Shown: piece by piece, positions 26,304-34,781 of the stretch
Position numbering within the stretch: position 1 is the stretch's first letter
Layout of the letters: each line of letters begins with the position of its first letter
Origin: a virus
Length of the DNA: 64,000 nucleotides
Direction: 5' to 3' (one strand)
IMG/VR virus record: IMGVR_UViG_3300034069_000411
Notes under the pieces: generated by a model
Seen by the model: only the letters and a program-made list of their open reading frames with translations
The model's database searches: none
Told to the model about the DNA's origin: nothing
Program-made: the position numbers and the translations under genes

Positions 26304-26687
26304 TTACGCCGCCGCGTTGCCGGTCTTGGTGAAGTCGACCTCGACCAGCTCATCCGCCGCGGCCTGATTGATCGCCTCGCCCGCGATGATCTCGCCGGCC
26401 GCTGCGACCTTCGCCGCCCCGTTGGCGTCGGAGGCGACCTTCTGGCCCGGGTTGATCGCCGCGGATGCGACGACCTTCAACTGGTTGCCGGTGTCAACCG
26501 AGGTATGGAGGCCGACGGCCTTACCCTCGCTGATAACGCCGGCCATCTGCTGACCTGCGCCGCAAATGTCGAACCGCGATTCACCGCCCGCATTGACGCG
26601 CTTGGCGAAACGATACTCCTTGCCGGTGAGGTCGGAGTTGGAGGGCTTGGCGTCGGTCTGCGAACCGACCTGCCGGGTAACTGCCAT
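26304..26687 (-). CDS. head decoration / DUF2190-like protein (127 aa)
   Basis: Size, Ala/Gly-rich beta-type sequence, position immediately before the capsid gene. Confidence 0.65.
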   Translation of the reverse strand: MAVTRQVGSQTDAKPSNSDLTGKEYRFAKRVNAGGESRFDICGAGQQMAGVISEGKAVGLHTSVDTGNQLKVVASAAINPGQKVASDANGAAKVAAAGEIIAGEAINQAAADELVEVDFTKTGNAAA

Positions 26688-26725
26688 AATGTCGTCTCCT
26701 TGACGTTTTTCGGGGTCGGTGAGGC

Positions 26726-27976
26726 TTACGCCTCGTCGGCGTCCACGGGGGCGGGGTAAGCCTCGAGGAACAGGGCCTCATGCTCGGTGCGGGCCTTCGA
26801 CATCGCGTCAGCGCGCGGGATGCTGTCGCGCTTGGCGATCTCGGTGACCTTGCCTTCGAACGACTGGCGGGCCTTCTGGATGTCGCCGCTACCCTCGCCG
26901 CTGGCACCGGTTTCCTCGGTCGAGCCCAGCGACTTAAACAGGGCCTTGGAGCCCTTGTTCATCGTGTCGAGCGACTTGAGGATCGCCTTGCCAGCCTCGC
27001 TGTCGGCACCGACGGTGTCGACCGACTTCAGCATTTCCGAGGACACCGCTTTGGCGATGTTCGGATACGCCGCGGCGCGCTTCTCGATCGAGGCCCCGGT
27101 CGTCTCGGCCCGCAGGCCCTTGATCACCTCGTCCTGCTCGTCGGCGCGCTTCGCCATGCGGGCGGCAAACGCACCGTCCGACTTGCGGATCGCGGTGCCA
27201 TCCGCGCAGGTGTAGATGATCGGGTCGCCCTTCTCGATCGCGTCGACATCGGCCTGACGGCCCGCGGCGTCCTTGGCGATGAACGCGTCCTGCCCGGCCT
27301 TGTCGAGCCCGTCATAGTGCTTGCGGATGTTGGCAGGCATCTCGGCGACGTCGACGCGACGCTTGAGGACGGCCAACTCGGGGTCGGCGGTCGTGACAGT
27401 GATTGCCAGCACGCCCTCGGCCGGAAGGAGACCGGTTTCGCCCAGGGCGATTGCGCTTTCCTTGATGTCGACGACGTCCTGCGCGGTCGCCTTAGCGATG
27501 GCGAAGCCCGCGACGGCCGACTGCAGCGCGGCCTTGGTGGTGAACTTGTGCATGGTCTGCTCCTGCTGGTTTAGCCAATCTTCGGCTACGTCGGTAAAGG
27601 CCTTTGCGAGCGTTTCCGGCGTAATCTGCGCCGCTCCGGCCGCCCTCACGGTGGTCACGGCGCGGTCGACCAACCCGGTCAGCCACGCCTTGAAAGCGTC
27701 CGCCGCAACGTCACCGTCACCGCCCGCCGTGAACTCGTCTATCAGGGCGGTGCGGAACGCATCCTTGCCCTCGTAAATGTTGTCGAACGCGCTGTAGAAG
27801 GCGTCGCGAACCTGATCATTGAGCAGCGTATTGCCGAGCGCCTGCTGAAAGGTCTGCTTGAGAATAGCGGTCGGCGCGCGCTTGATGATCGCGAAGGTCG
27901 CGTGCTCCTGACAGGGCTTATCGACGGCAGCGATCTTGTCGAGACGGATCGATGTAAGCTTGCGGCGCGTAGCCAT
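26726..27976 (-). CDS. scaffolding-like protein (416 aa)
   Basis: Ala/Asp/Lys-rich helical sequence between the protease-like and decoration genes. Confidence 0.5.
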   Translation of the reverse strand: MATRRKLTSIRLDKIAAVDKPCQEHATFAIIKRAPTAILKQTFQQALGNTLLNDQVRDAFYSAFDNIYEGKDAFRTALIDEFTAGGDGDVAADAFKAWLTGLVDRAVTTVRAAGAAQITPETLAKAFTDVAEDWLNQQEQTMHKFTTKAALQSAVAGFAIAKATAQDVVDIKESAIALGETGLLPAEGVLAITVTTADPELAVLKRRVDVAEMPANIRKHYDGLDKAGQDAFIAKDAAGRQADVDAIEKGDPIIYTCADGTAIRKSDGAFAARMAKRADEQDEVIKGLRAETTGASIEKRAAAYPNIAKAVSSEMLKSVDTVGADSEAGKAILKSLDTMNKGSKALFKSLGSTEETGASGEGSGDIQKARQSFEGKVTEIAKRDSIPRADAMSKARTEHEALFLEAYPAPVDADEA

Positions 27977-28446
27977 CAGACCTCCTCCTCCTCGTATGCA
28001 ACCCGGCCGCCGGTCATCGAGAAGCCGGTGTATTCGCCGCTCTCGAACTTCTTGAGGACCGCGGCCTCGGGGTGATAGCCGACCAGCAGGCCCAGCTTCG
28101 GCGCGTCGATGCCGAGCGCCTTTGCGATGTCCTCGGTCAGCGGGAACATGAACGGATAGCTGCCGGTGTCCGGGCCGGCGTGCATCTCATCGCCGACCAT
28201 GTGCGTGCCGGCGGCGGACGCTTCGACTACGGCCTTGAGGATCGCGTCATCGGTGATCGCCTCGGGGACCGGCTTGCCCTTGTGTACGCCCTCGGTGTCG
28301 ATGTTGAGGTCGTAGTAATCCTCGTAAACACCGGCCGCGTTCTTGACCTTCGACACGATCGCAAAGCCGAAGACGATACCGTGCGCGGCATCGACCTGAA
28401 CGTCGTCTTGGACCTTCATGATCCCGGGGGCTGGCTTCGTCGTCAC
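27976..28446 (-). CDS. XkdF-like putative prohead protease (156 aa)
   Basis: GTG start with AGGAG SD (refined from ORF 27976..28518). C-terminal GEYTGFSMTG pattern. Confidence 0.5.
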   Translation of the reverse strand: MTTKPAPGIMKVQDDVQVDAAHGIVFGFAIVSKVKNAAGVYEDYYDLNIDTEGVHKGKPVPEAITDDAILKAVVEASAAGTHMVGDEMHAGPDTGSYPFMFPLTEDIAKALGIDAPKLGLLVGYHPEAAVLKKFESGEYTGFSMTGGRVAYEEEEV

Positions 28447-28567
28447 GGGTCGCTCCTGTGCCCGGGCTGGGCGGCGGTGCTTCCGAGGGTGGGGCAGGCC
28501 GCGTCTGTTCGACGTCAATCCCTGTCGCGTCTCATATCGCGACTCGGCTGCCGTGCATAGTGGGGGC

Positions 28568-29539
28568 CTAGCGGCGCTGCTTGATGCGGGTGAGGAGCGC
28601 GCACCGACACTGCACCGTTTCCGAAGCCGGCGCGTCGGGGTCTCCGGGGTAAGCGATCTCGCCGTGCTTCGTCATCCACGTCTCACCCCATGCCCGCTTC
28701 TGACCGTTGAGCAGGAGGTGGGTTTTGCGCTCCCGGCCGTCCAGCCGGGTTCGCCATGTGCGTTCGATCAGATCGGGGTTGATCGTCCCGTCGGCGATGG
28801 CCTGCCGGTACATCTCCTCGTTGCCCTGATGGACGGCGCGCAGGGCCTCGGTGCGGCCGATGACCTCGGCGCGGTGCTTCACATAACGGGCCGTGTACCG
28901 CTCGACGAGCCAGTCGATCTTAGCCGGGGGCAGCGCGGTTCCCGCCTTGGCGGCGCGCCTGACCTGACTGTCACCGCGGCCATCGCGCAGCGCGCGGCCG
29001 ACAGCATTGGCGGCGGCCTCGGGATCTGCGTGGGCGCGGTCGAGCGCGGCGCGGTAACTGGCGACGTGCGTCCACTGCGTCTCGGTCAGGCCGACGCTGT
29101 CGCGGAAGTTGCGCGCCTGCGCGATCGGGTTGACGCCGGATTCAACGCCGGAGACCAGAGCGAGTGAGGTGGCGCGGCGCTGTTCCGCCGTGAACTCGCG
29201 GATCAGCGTCAGACTGTTTGCCTGCATCGCGGCGACCGCATTGAGGTTGACCTGATTGAACACGACCCGGCCGACGTTCGCACCGGTGAGGAAGTCGGCC
29301 GTCGACTGACCGGAGGTCACGAACGCTACGTTGGTCGCCGCGCCCAGCGCCTCGGCCGCGTGCTGTAGCCGGTCGAGCGCATCGCCTACCCGCCCCTGTG
29401 CGATCAGGTCGGCTAGATCCTCCAGGTCGATCTCATCCTTGAGCGCGGCGACGGCGGTTCGAAAGATATTGGCGATCCGCGCCTCCTGCACGTCGAGCAA
29501 GTCATTCAGCCGCTGTTCGCCGTCGATGATGTCAGCCAC
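28568..29539 (-). CDS. head morphogenesis protein, Mu F / SPP1 gp7 family (323 aa)
   Basis: C-terminal ...YPGDPDAPASETVQCRCALL typical of the family. Lies in the portal-proximal head module. Confidence 0.75.
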   Translation of the reverse strand: MADIIDGEQRLNDLLDVQEARIANIFRTAVAALKDEIDLEDLADLIAQGRVGDALDRLQHAAEALGAATNVAFVTSGQSTADFLTGANVGRVVFNQVNLNAVAAMQANSLTLIREFTAEQRRATSLALVSGVESGVNPIAQARNFRDSVGLTETQWTHVASYRAALDRAHADPEAAANAVGRALRDGRGDSQVRRAAKAGTALPPAKIDWLVERYTARYVKHRAEVIGRTEALRAVHQGNEEMYRQAIADGTINPDLIERTWRTRLDGRERKTHLLLNGQKRAWGETWMTKHGEIAYPGDPDAPASETVQCRCALLTRIKQRR

Positions 29540-29542
29540 TGC

Positions 29543-29953
29543 CTAGACCTTGTCCGGGCCGCGCCGATCGCGGCACAAATAGCTAAAGACGGCGGCGGCC
29601 GGGTCGCGCGCAAGATCCTGCACGCAGTACAGCGTCACATCGCCGGCCTCCTCATGCACCGTGCAGGCGTCGTTGTACTCGGGGAAGCCGCCGGGCTGTA
29701 CGGTATCCCCGATCAGGACAAGCTTGCGGTCGGTCACCTGCAGATCGGTACCGGGCGGGACCGAGTTGGGATTGATGTCGTCGAAGAAGCCGATGCAATC
29801 GAACGGCGTCGGCGTACTTGAGCGCCCCGCGGTCAGCTTTCCCGGGACGCGCGCGCCACGGATGTCGCGGACGATCGTCACCCCGAGCAGGCCGTCGCCC
29901 ATCACGTCAGCGATGATCCCGGCGATGTCGACGCCGAATAGCTCGTTACCCAT
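29543..29953 (-). CDS. hypothetical head-module protein (136 aa)
   Basis: Coupled ORF between the portal and MuF-like genes. Confidence 0.55.
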   Translation of the reverse strand: MGNELFGVDIAGIIADVMGDGLLGVTIVRDIRGARVPGKLTAGRSSTPTPFDCIGFFDDINPNSVPPGTDLQVTDRKLVLIGDTVQPGGFPEYNDACTVHEEAGDVTLYCVQDLARDPAAAVFSYLCRDRRGPDKV

Positions 29954-30495
29954 CAGTCACGGTCCTCGGCGAGCCAGCCATCGCGGCGATAGTCAGCATA
30001 GCGGCCCTCGTAGGGGCGGCACCCGTCCGAGGCACCGCTGACATACGCGCCGGAGTTCGTGCCGTCATCGTCAGCGCCCGGCGGGCAGAGGAGCCCGGCC
30101 CCGAGCAGCATCTTCCACAGCGCCGACGGGATCGGGGGCCCGCCCTCGACCGCGGCGAAGAACTCGACCTGCGCCGATCCGGCCTTGGCGATCTTCACGT
30201 TGCTGTTGCCGCTGGCGTCAGCGAACAGCTTAGGCTTGGTGAGCAGATCACAGGCCAGCATGGCGGTCACCTCCTGCACGACGGCGGGCTGCTCCAGCGC
30301 GGCCGGATCCGGCGCGGTACCGCACCACGGGAGGGTCATCATCATGCGGGTCGCCGACACGATGCCCCGCCCATGTGCGTCGGCCTGTTTCAAAGCCCAG
30401 AGCGTTGCGCGGCTGACATCGCCGGCAAGGTACCGGGTGGCGTTCTCGATGGTCGTCAGCGCGTCGAACTCGAGTTGCCCGATCATAACCTTCAT
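29953..30495 (-). CDS. hypothetical head-module protein (180 aa)
   Basis: ATGA overlap with the portal stop. Confidence 0.55.
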   Translation of the reverse strand: MKVMIGQLEFDALTTIENATRYLAGDVSRATLWALKQADAHGRGIVSATRMMMTLPWCGTAPDPAALEQPAVVQEVTAMLACDLLTKPKLFADASGNSNVKIAKAGSAQVEFFAAVEGGPPIPSALWKMLLGAGLLCPPGADDDGTNSGAYVSGASDGCRPYEGRYADYRRDGWLAEDRD

Positions 30496-32087
30496 CGACG
30501 TGCCCTCCGCTTCGCCATTTTCGTTCGTGACCGTAGGACCTTCGTGATCCGCCGGGCGTCAGCGTTGCCCTCGACACCGTCCGCGGGATCCGGCGCGGTC
30601 CCGCTGTTGCGCCCCGGGTTCAGCGACAGATCCATTTCGTCGACCCGCTCGGGCGGGCGTGATAGGCCCCAGATATCGTAGATCTCGCCGACGGCGGGAT
30701 CGTCAGGCATGACGGGCGCGCCGGCCTGCGCCAGTTTCGCCAGACCGTCCAGCAGCTGCTCGACGTCGCGGTCGCTGATCTCGTTCACGCCCATCTCGGG
30801 GCGCAGTTCCTCCGGCCACCCGTTCAGATCCGCGATCGGGGTCAGCACATCGCGGTCGATCACTTCGACCAGGTCGAGCAGGGTCGACGTGATCGTCAGG
30901 TAAAACGTGCCTACCTTTGACCGCGCCAGCGCGAGAGAGCCCGACCCGTCGGCACCCAGCAGCAGATGCTCGACGCCGAGGACGCGGGCCAACTCCTGAT
31001 TCGTGCGGGTGATCGCGGCGGCGATGTCGGCGAAACTGCTGCTGTCGCCGGTGAGCAGTTCCAGCCCCCATTTCGGCACCGCGGACGGCGTCGTCGCTTT
31101 GTCGGTGCCCTGACCGATGAACGGATCCGACGGGAGCATGACGCCGGTTTTCTTGTTGCGGACGTGCTTGTCGATGAAGTCGCGCAGGGGCCGTAGCATC
31201 GCGGCGCGACGGCCCTCGGCCTTGGCGCGCTCCGGGGATCCTACCCCGCCGGCCGCCTCTACCTCGGCCTTCAATTCGCCGAGCGGCGCGCGCGCGATCG
31301 GGATCCCGCGCAGATCCGTGGTGAAGCCGATGTTCTCAAGCTCGAGCAGCTGACGTAGCCGTTCCGCGCTTTCGGCGAGGTGGCGGTAAAGCCCCATGCC
31401 CTCGGGGCTGTCGGTCAGGGTGTCGTCGACCGCGTAGACGATCTTCGCGCGGGGCAGGGGGACCTCGTTGAGGCCGGGCACCCGCTGCACCACCCCGAGG
31501 ACGGTGCCCGAGGCATCGCGCAGCCAGCGCGCGATCGAGCGTTGCGGCCGATGCTCGATGTCCTTGAGGCCGATCGACCCGTCCTCATTCCGCTTGGCGG
31601 TCCACTCCATGATGGAGAAGCCCTGCAGGCGGTACGCCGCGATCTTCTTGATGACCGACGACCAAGGCGTCGTCATGTCGAACAGCATGTCATAGGCGGC
31701 GTCGGCGTAGCCCTGGGCGATCGGGGCCTCGTTGTCGTTCAGGCCCTCGGGCGGGTTCACCGTCCAGACCGCGTTCGCGATGAGGTTGAGAAAGACGCGG
31801 ACGCCGGCGGAAACGATCGATACATCGCGGACCAGCCGGTCGTATTCGTCGAACCGGGCTGATCCGACCAGCGAGACGCGCGGATCGTTGTAGCTACCGG
31901 AGTAGCCCGACAGATCCGCCGCGGAATCGAGGCTCGACCCCAGCGTGTTGGTCGACCCGCCGTCGGCCTTCTGGATCTCGTCGCCGGTGCTGATCACGGC
32001 GTCGACCATGGGATCGCTGATGGCGTCGGATCGCGCGTCACCGCCGAACCAACTCCCCATGCGCTCGAAAATGCTGTCCTCGGCCAA
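30492..32087 (-). CDS. portal protein (531 aa)
   Basis: Size and position (first structural gene after the terminase, followed by MuF-like). TTG start with GGGAG SD. An ATG alternative exists at 32060. Confidence 0.65.
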   Translation of the reverse strand: MAEDSIFERMGSWFGGDARSDAISDPMVDAVISTGDEIQKADGGSTNTLGSSLDSAADLSGYSGSYNDPRVSLVGSARFDEYDRLVRDVSIVSAGVRVFLNLIANAVWTVNPPEGLNDNEAPIAQGYADAAYDMLFDMTTPWSSVIKKIAAYRLQGFSIMEWTAKRNEDGSIGLKDIEHRPQRSIARWLRDASGTVLGVVQRVPGLNEVPLPRAKIVYAVDDTLTDSPEGMGLYRHLAESAERLRQLLELENIGFTTDLRGIPIARAPLGELKAEVEAAGGVGSPERAKAEGRRAAMLRPLRDFIDKHVRNKKTGVMLPSDPFIGQGTDKATTPSAVPKWGLELLTGDSSSFADIAAAITRTNQELARVLGVEHLLLGADGSGSLALARSKVGTFYLTITSTLLDLVEVIDRDVLTPIADLNGWPEELRPEMGVNEISDRDVEQLLDGLAKLAQAGAPVMPDDPAVGEIYDIWGLSRPPERVDEMDLSLNPGRNSGTAPDPADGVEGNADARRITKVLRSRTKMAKRRARR

Positions 32088-32228
32088 CGCCCGGCTCCCT
32101 GTGCTGCTCGGGGTGGTCTTATCGCAGGGGCGGGGCGGGGGATAGTCGGCGGCGTGGGCCTCGAACCCTACGGGGCCGCATCAGCCCTATCACCTGCCCG
32201 TCGTGCGCTTCGGGACGCCGCCTCGATG

Positions 32229-32302
32229 TTGCGGGGACAGGATTCGAACCTGTGACCTCCAGCGCATGAAGCTGGCGAGCTACCGGGCTGCTCCACCCCA
32301 CG
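32229..32302 (-). tRNA. tRNA-Met (anticodon CAT), initiator-like acceptor/D arm with non-initiator anticodon arm
   Basis: Hand-folded cloverleaf. C1 opposite A72, A11:U24, anticodon stem CCAGC/GCTGG, loop TTCATGC, T arm ACAGG-TTCGAAT-CCTGT. No encoded CCA. Confidence 0.85.
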
Positions 32303-32319
32303 GGGGCTGGATGGCAAAC

Positions 32320-32347
32320 GGCCCGCCCTCGGTCAAGAGGACGGGCC
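32320..32347 (-). terminator. conserved bulged-A hairpin (family copy 2)
   Basis: GGCCCGCCCTC-ggtcaa-GAGGACGGGCC. The minus-strand read is followed by GTTTGCC. Lies 17 nt upstream of the tRNA 5' end. Confidence 0.45.
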
Positions 32348-32642
32348 GTCAGTATCGCACCGCCAATTCGGGCGACGGTGCCGTGTGAGCCGGTCGTTAC
32401 CCCGGCGATGTGTTTCCCGTTGGTCCCGAGGGACTTTCAGAGCGGAGCGGCCACCTACCTGCCTAAAGCCCCCGGCTGATCTTTATCGGCCCCGGGGGAG
32501 CCTAGCCCGTCTCCGGAATATCCGGGCTGTCACACGGCGGTCCCTGCTACCGAGGGGCCGACCAACCTACCCCTGCCGGCGCGTCCGCCGCGTGATCCCG
32601 GTGTTCCTACCGGGGCCGCCTCTGGCGAGGCGTCGGACCCGG
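32320..32642 (-). ncRNA. candidate structured ncRNA or long structured tRNA leader (~300 nt)
   Basis: Bounded by a promoter-like motif and a hairpin. Many local helices and a 9-bp long-range pairing. No credible ORF. Confidence 0.35.
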
Positions 32643-32648
32643 GAACGG

Positions 32649-32677
32649 CGTTGCTCCCCACCGTCCCGATTCGCAAG
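32649..32677 (-). promoter_or_regulatory. promoter-like motif CTTGCGA-N-GGGGAGCAACG (minus-strand copy)
   Basis: Same CTTGC-N13-GGGGAGCAAC spacing as 968-996 and 3011-3039. Confidence 0.4.
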
Positions 32678-32690
32678 CTGAAACGTAAAC

Positions 32691-32719
32691 GGCCCGCCCC
32701 CTGTGCAGAGGGACGGGCC
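32691..32719 (-). terminator. conserved bulged-A hairpin (family copy 3)
   Basis: GGCCCGCCCCC-loop-GGGACGGGCC. The minus-strand read is followed by GTTTACGTTT. Downstream of gene 32798..33055. Confidence 0.45.
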
Positions 32720-32797
32720 GGCCAGCCGGGGGCTCAAGATACCCCGACCTACTTCCACCGCGTGCGGGCCTAACACCCGGGCGCGATGGCTATCTGG

Positions 32798-33055
32798 TTA
32801 TCGCTTGCGATCCGACGAGTAGCGCGGGACGCCGGCTTCGTGCCGGAGGCCGTTCTGGATGCCGCGGGGAAGTGCGTTGCCGTCGATCCGGATGGTCAGG
32901 CCGAACGTGTCGGTCGCGAGGCGCGTCGGTTCCGGGCTGAACAGGGCGGCGCAGTCGCGCATGAACGCCCCGGCGCGTGCGATCGTGGATGCGAAGGCGG
33001 CGTAGGCCGAGAGCGCGGGGGCGATGATCAGGGCGAATAGCAGGCTGCGACGCAT
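32798..33055 (-). CDS. small secreted protein (85 aa)
   Basis: AGGAGA SD 5 nt before the ATG. Signal peptide MRRSLLFALIIAPALSAYA. Lies between the terminase and portal genes. Confidence 0.55.
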   Translation of the reverse strand: MRRSLLFALIIAPALSAYAAFASTIARAGAFMRDCAALFSPEPTRLATDTFGLTIRIDGNALPRGIQNGLRHEAGVPRYSSDRKR

Positions 33056-33116
33056 GACGGTCTCCTAACAGGGTGGCGGGTGCCGGAGGCGAACCTGCGT
33101 CAGACCGGGCTCGGGG

Positions 33117-34781
33117 TCAAGCCGCGCCCCACGGGTCGTCGTCATAGCCGGCCTCGGCCATCGCATCGGCCAGCACCTGCTCATCGCTGCCCGGCTCGAC
33201 GACCTCGGGCCCGGCGTTGACCGTCACCTCGGCCATGTCGATGATCTCGCCATAGGCGCGGCTGCTCGCGTCGATCTGATCCTTGAAGGCACCCGCGGGG
33301 AACGTCCGCATTTCCTCGACATAGTCGTGGTTCCACGCACCCTTCACCAGCCGCACCATCCCGAGGCCCACCTGTGAGGCGAACGGCTCGGCGCGACCGA
33401 TCTTGTCGAGGCGGCCCTCGGTCGTGATCCGGAGATTGAACTTGCCGAGGTGTTCGGCGAGGTCGTGCTTCTGAACTTTGCCGGCCGAGGCGGGATCTTG
33501 CGGCAGCGACTGCAGGGTGCGCGGGTCGATATCGAAATCGGCCTGGGCGACCGCCTTGATGTTGGTGCGCAGCTCATCCGGGCCCCAGCGGTCACGGCGG
33601 ACATCGGCGATGTAGATCAGGCCGTTGACCCGCTTCATTTTGACGCCGGCCGTGAAGGCTGACCGGCGGTCCTTCGAGGCGGCAAGATCCCAGCCGCGGA
33701 CCCATGACCCGCCGCTCGGCGCGAAGTCGACGTATCCGATCTGGCCGACCTTGAACATGCCGCCCTCGCGCGGGGCCGGGCGCTGCAGGTACTGACCGTT
33801 GTACGCATACTCGCCGATCTTTTTCAGCTGCTCGATCGCGGCCGGGGGCACGCGGACCGGGTCCATCGGCTCGCCCATGTAAGAGCGCGGGTCGGTCCAG
33901 TCGGTCTTGCCGCCCGCCCCGTCGTCGACCTTGAGCGGCGTGGTGCAGCGCCGGTCCGGTTCGAACTCCATCGGGATCATCAGGTGGACGAACCCGAACT
34001 CGCGCGCGAGCAGCACGCCGGTCAGATCCTTCTCATGCAGGCGCTGCATGACGATGACGATCGCGGACGTCTCCCAGTCGTTCGTTCGGTTCAGGCCGCC
34101 CTCGATGAAGGCCTGCACCGCGCCGTCGCGCTGTACCTCTGATTCCGCGCCCTTGAGGTTGTGCGGATCGTCGACGATCAGGCGGTCGCCGCGCTTGCCG
34201 GTCACGCCGTAGAAGCTGACGCCGAGGCGGGTGCCGGTGTCGTGATTGCCGAACGACAGCTTGCCCGCCGTCTTCATCCTGACCTCGGGCCACAGCGACT
34301 GGAACCATTCGGACCGGACCACGTCGAGCGTCTTGCCGGTGTCGCGCTTCACGTTGCCCAGATCGAACGACGTCGTGACATAACGGAGGTGGCGTCGGCC
34401 GAACGGGCCCCATTCCCATGCCTGCCACAGGACGGTGACGATCGTCGATTTCGACGAGCCCGGGGGGACGTTGATGATCAGGCGGGGGTGCAACTGGCCG
34501 CGGCTGATCGCCTCCAGATGATCGCACATCGCCTGCATGTGCCAGTTCCACCGCAGGGTAGTGCCCGGCTCGATGATCTTCCACGCGTACCGGACGAACC
34601 CGGCGAAGGTCTGGCATTCGGCGCGGACCCGGTCAGCGTCGCGCTCGACCTCGTCCATCATCGCTTCGTGCTGTCGCCGCGCTATCTCGCGCTTGTAGGC
34701 CGCAACCGACAGCGGCAGTTCGTTGCGGGGCGTCCAGCCGGTCGCGACCGGCGAGTCGTCAAGGCTCGCCAGTGATGTCAT
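33117..34781 (-). CDS. terL: terminase large subunit (554 aa)
   Basis: Walker A VPPGSSKST, Walker B RLIVDDPH, C-terminal nuclease-type region. Synteny with TerS and the portal. Confidence 0.9.
   Translation of the reverse strand: MTSLASLDDSPVATGWTPRNELPLSVAAYKREIARRQHEAMMDEVERDADRVRAECQTFAGFVRYAWKIIEPGTTLRWNWHMQAMCDHLEAISRGQLHPRLIINVPPGSSKSTIVTVLWQAWEWGPFGRRHLRYVTTSFDLGNVKRDTGKTLDVVRSEWFQSLWPEVRMKTAGKLSFGNHDTGTRLGVSFYGVTGKRGDRLIVDDPHNLKGAESEVQRDGAVQAFIEGGLNRTNDWETSAIVIVMQRLHEKDLTGVLLAREFGFVHLMIPMEFEPDRRCTTPLKVDDGAGGKTDWTDPRSYMGEPMDPVRVPPAAIEQLKKIGEYAYNGQYLQRPAPREGGMFKVGQIGYVDFAPSGGSWVRGWDLAASKDRRSAFTAGVKMKRVNGLIYIADVRRDRWGPDELRTNIKAVAQADFDIDPRTLQSLPQDPASAGKVQKHDLAEHLGKFNLRITTEGRLDKIGRAEPFASQVGLGMVRLVKGAWNHDYVEEMRTFPAGAFKDQIDASSRAYGEIIDMAEVTVNAGPEVVEPGSDEQVLADAMAEAGYDDDPWGAA

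Noticed and set aside
32148-32222. A second tRNA-like element right after the tRNA. It is 75 nt, closed by a 7-bp GGCGGCG/CGCCGCC helix, and contains GGTTCGAGG.
   Set aside because: The would-be T stem has only 3 bp. The D loop lacks the GG. No 7-nt anticodon loop can be drawn. It is probably a degenerate remnant or chance GC pairing, but it is worth including in a tRNAscan or Infernal run.
32119-32301. A 60-aa ORF overlapping the tRNA gene. ORFs 32203..32388 and 32385..32681 are similar cases.
   Set aside because: They overlap a well-formed tRNA or the helix-rich spacer and have Arg/Pro-rich artefact composition.
32229-32302. The tRNA as an attP/attL-type integration remnant marking a prophage boundary.
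   Set aside because: It lies between the terminase and portal genes, with phage genes on both sides. No integrase or excisionase is recognisable anywhere in the window, and the full cloverleaf is intact. This cannot be fully excluded without the host genome.
32320-32642. Assignment of the structured spacer RNA to RNase P RNA (GAAAGTCC and ACAGCCCGG strings), tmRNA, or the cobalamin or TPP riboswitches.
   Set aside because: The RNase P-like strings are in the wrong order and the other universally conserved blocks are missing. There is no tag ORF or acceptor-like ends for tmRNA. The B12-box and TPP core consensus are not matched on either strand.
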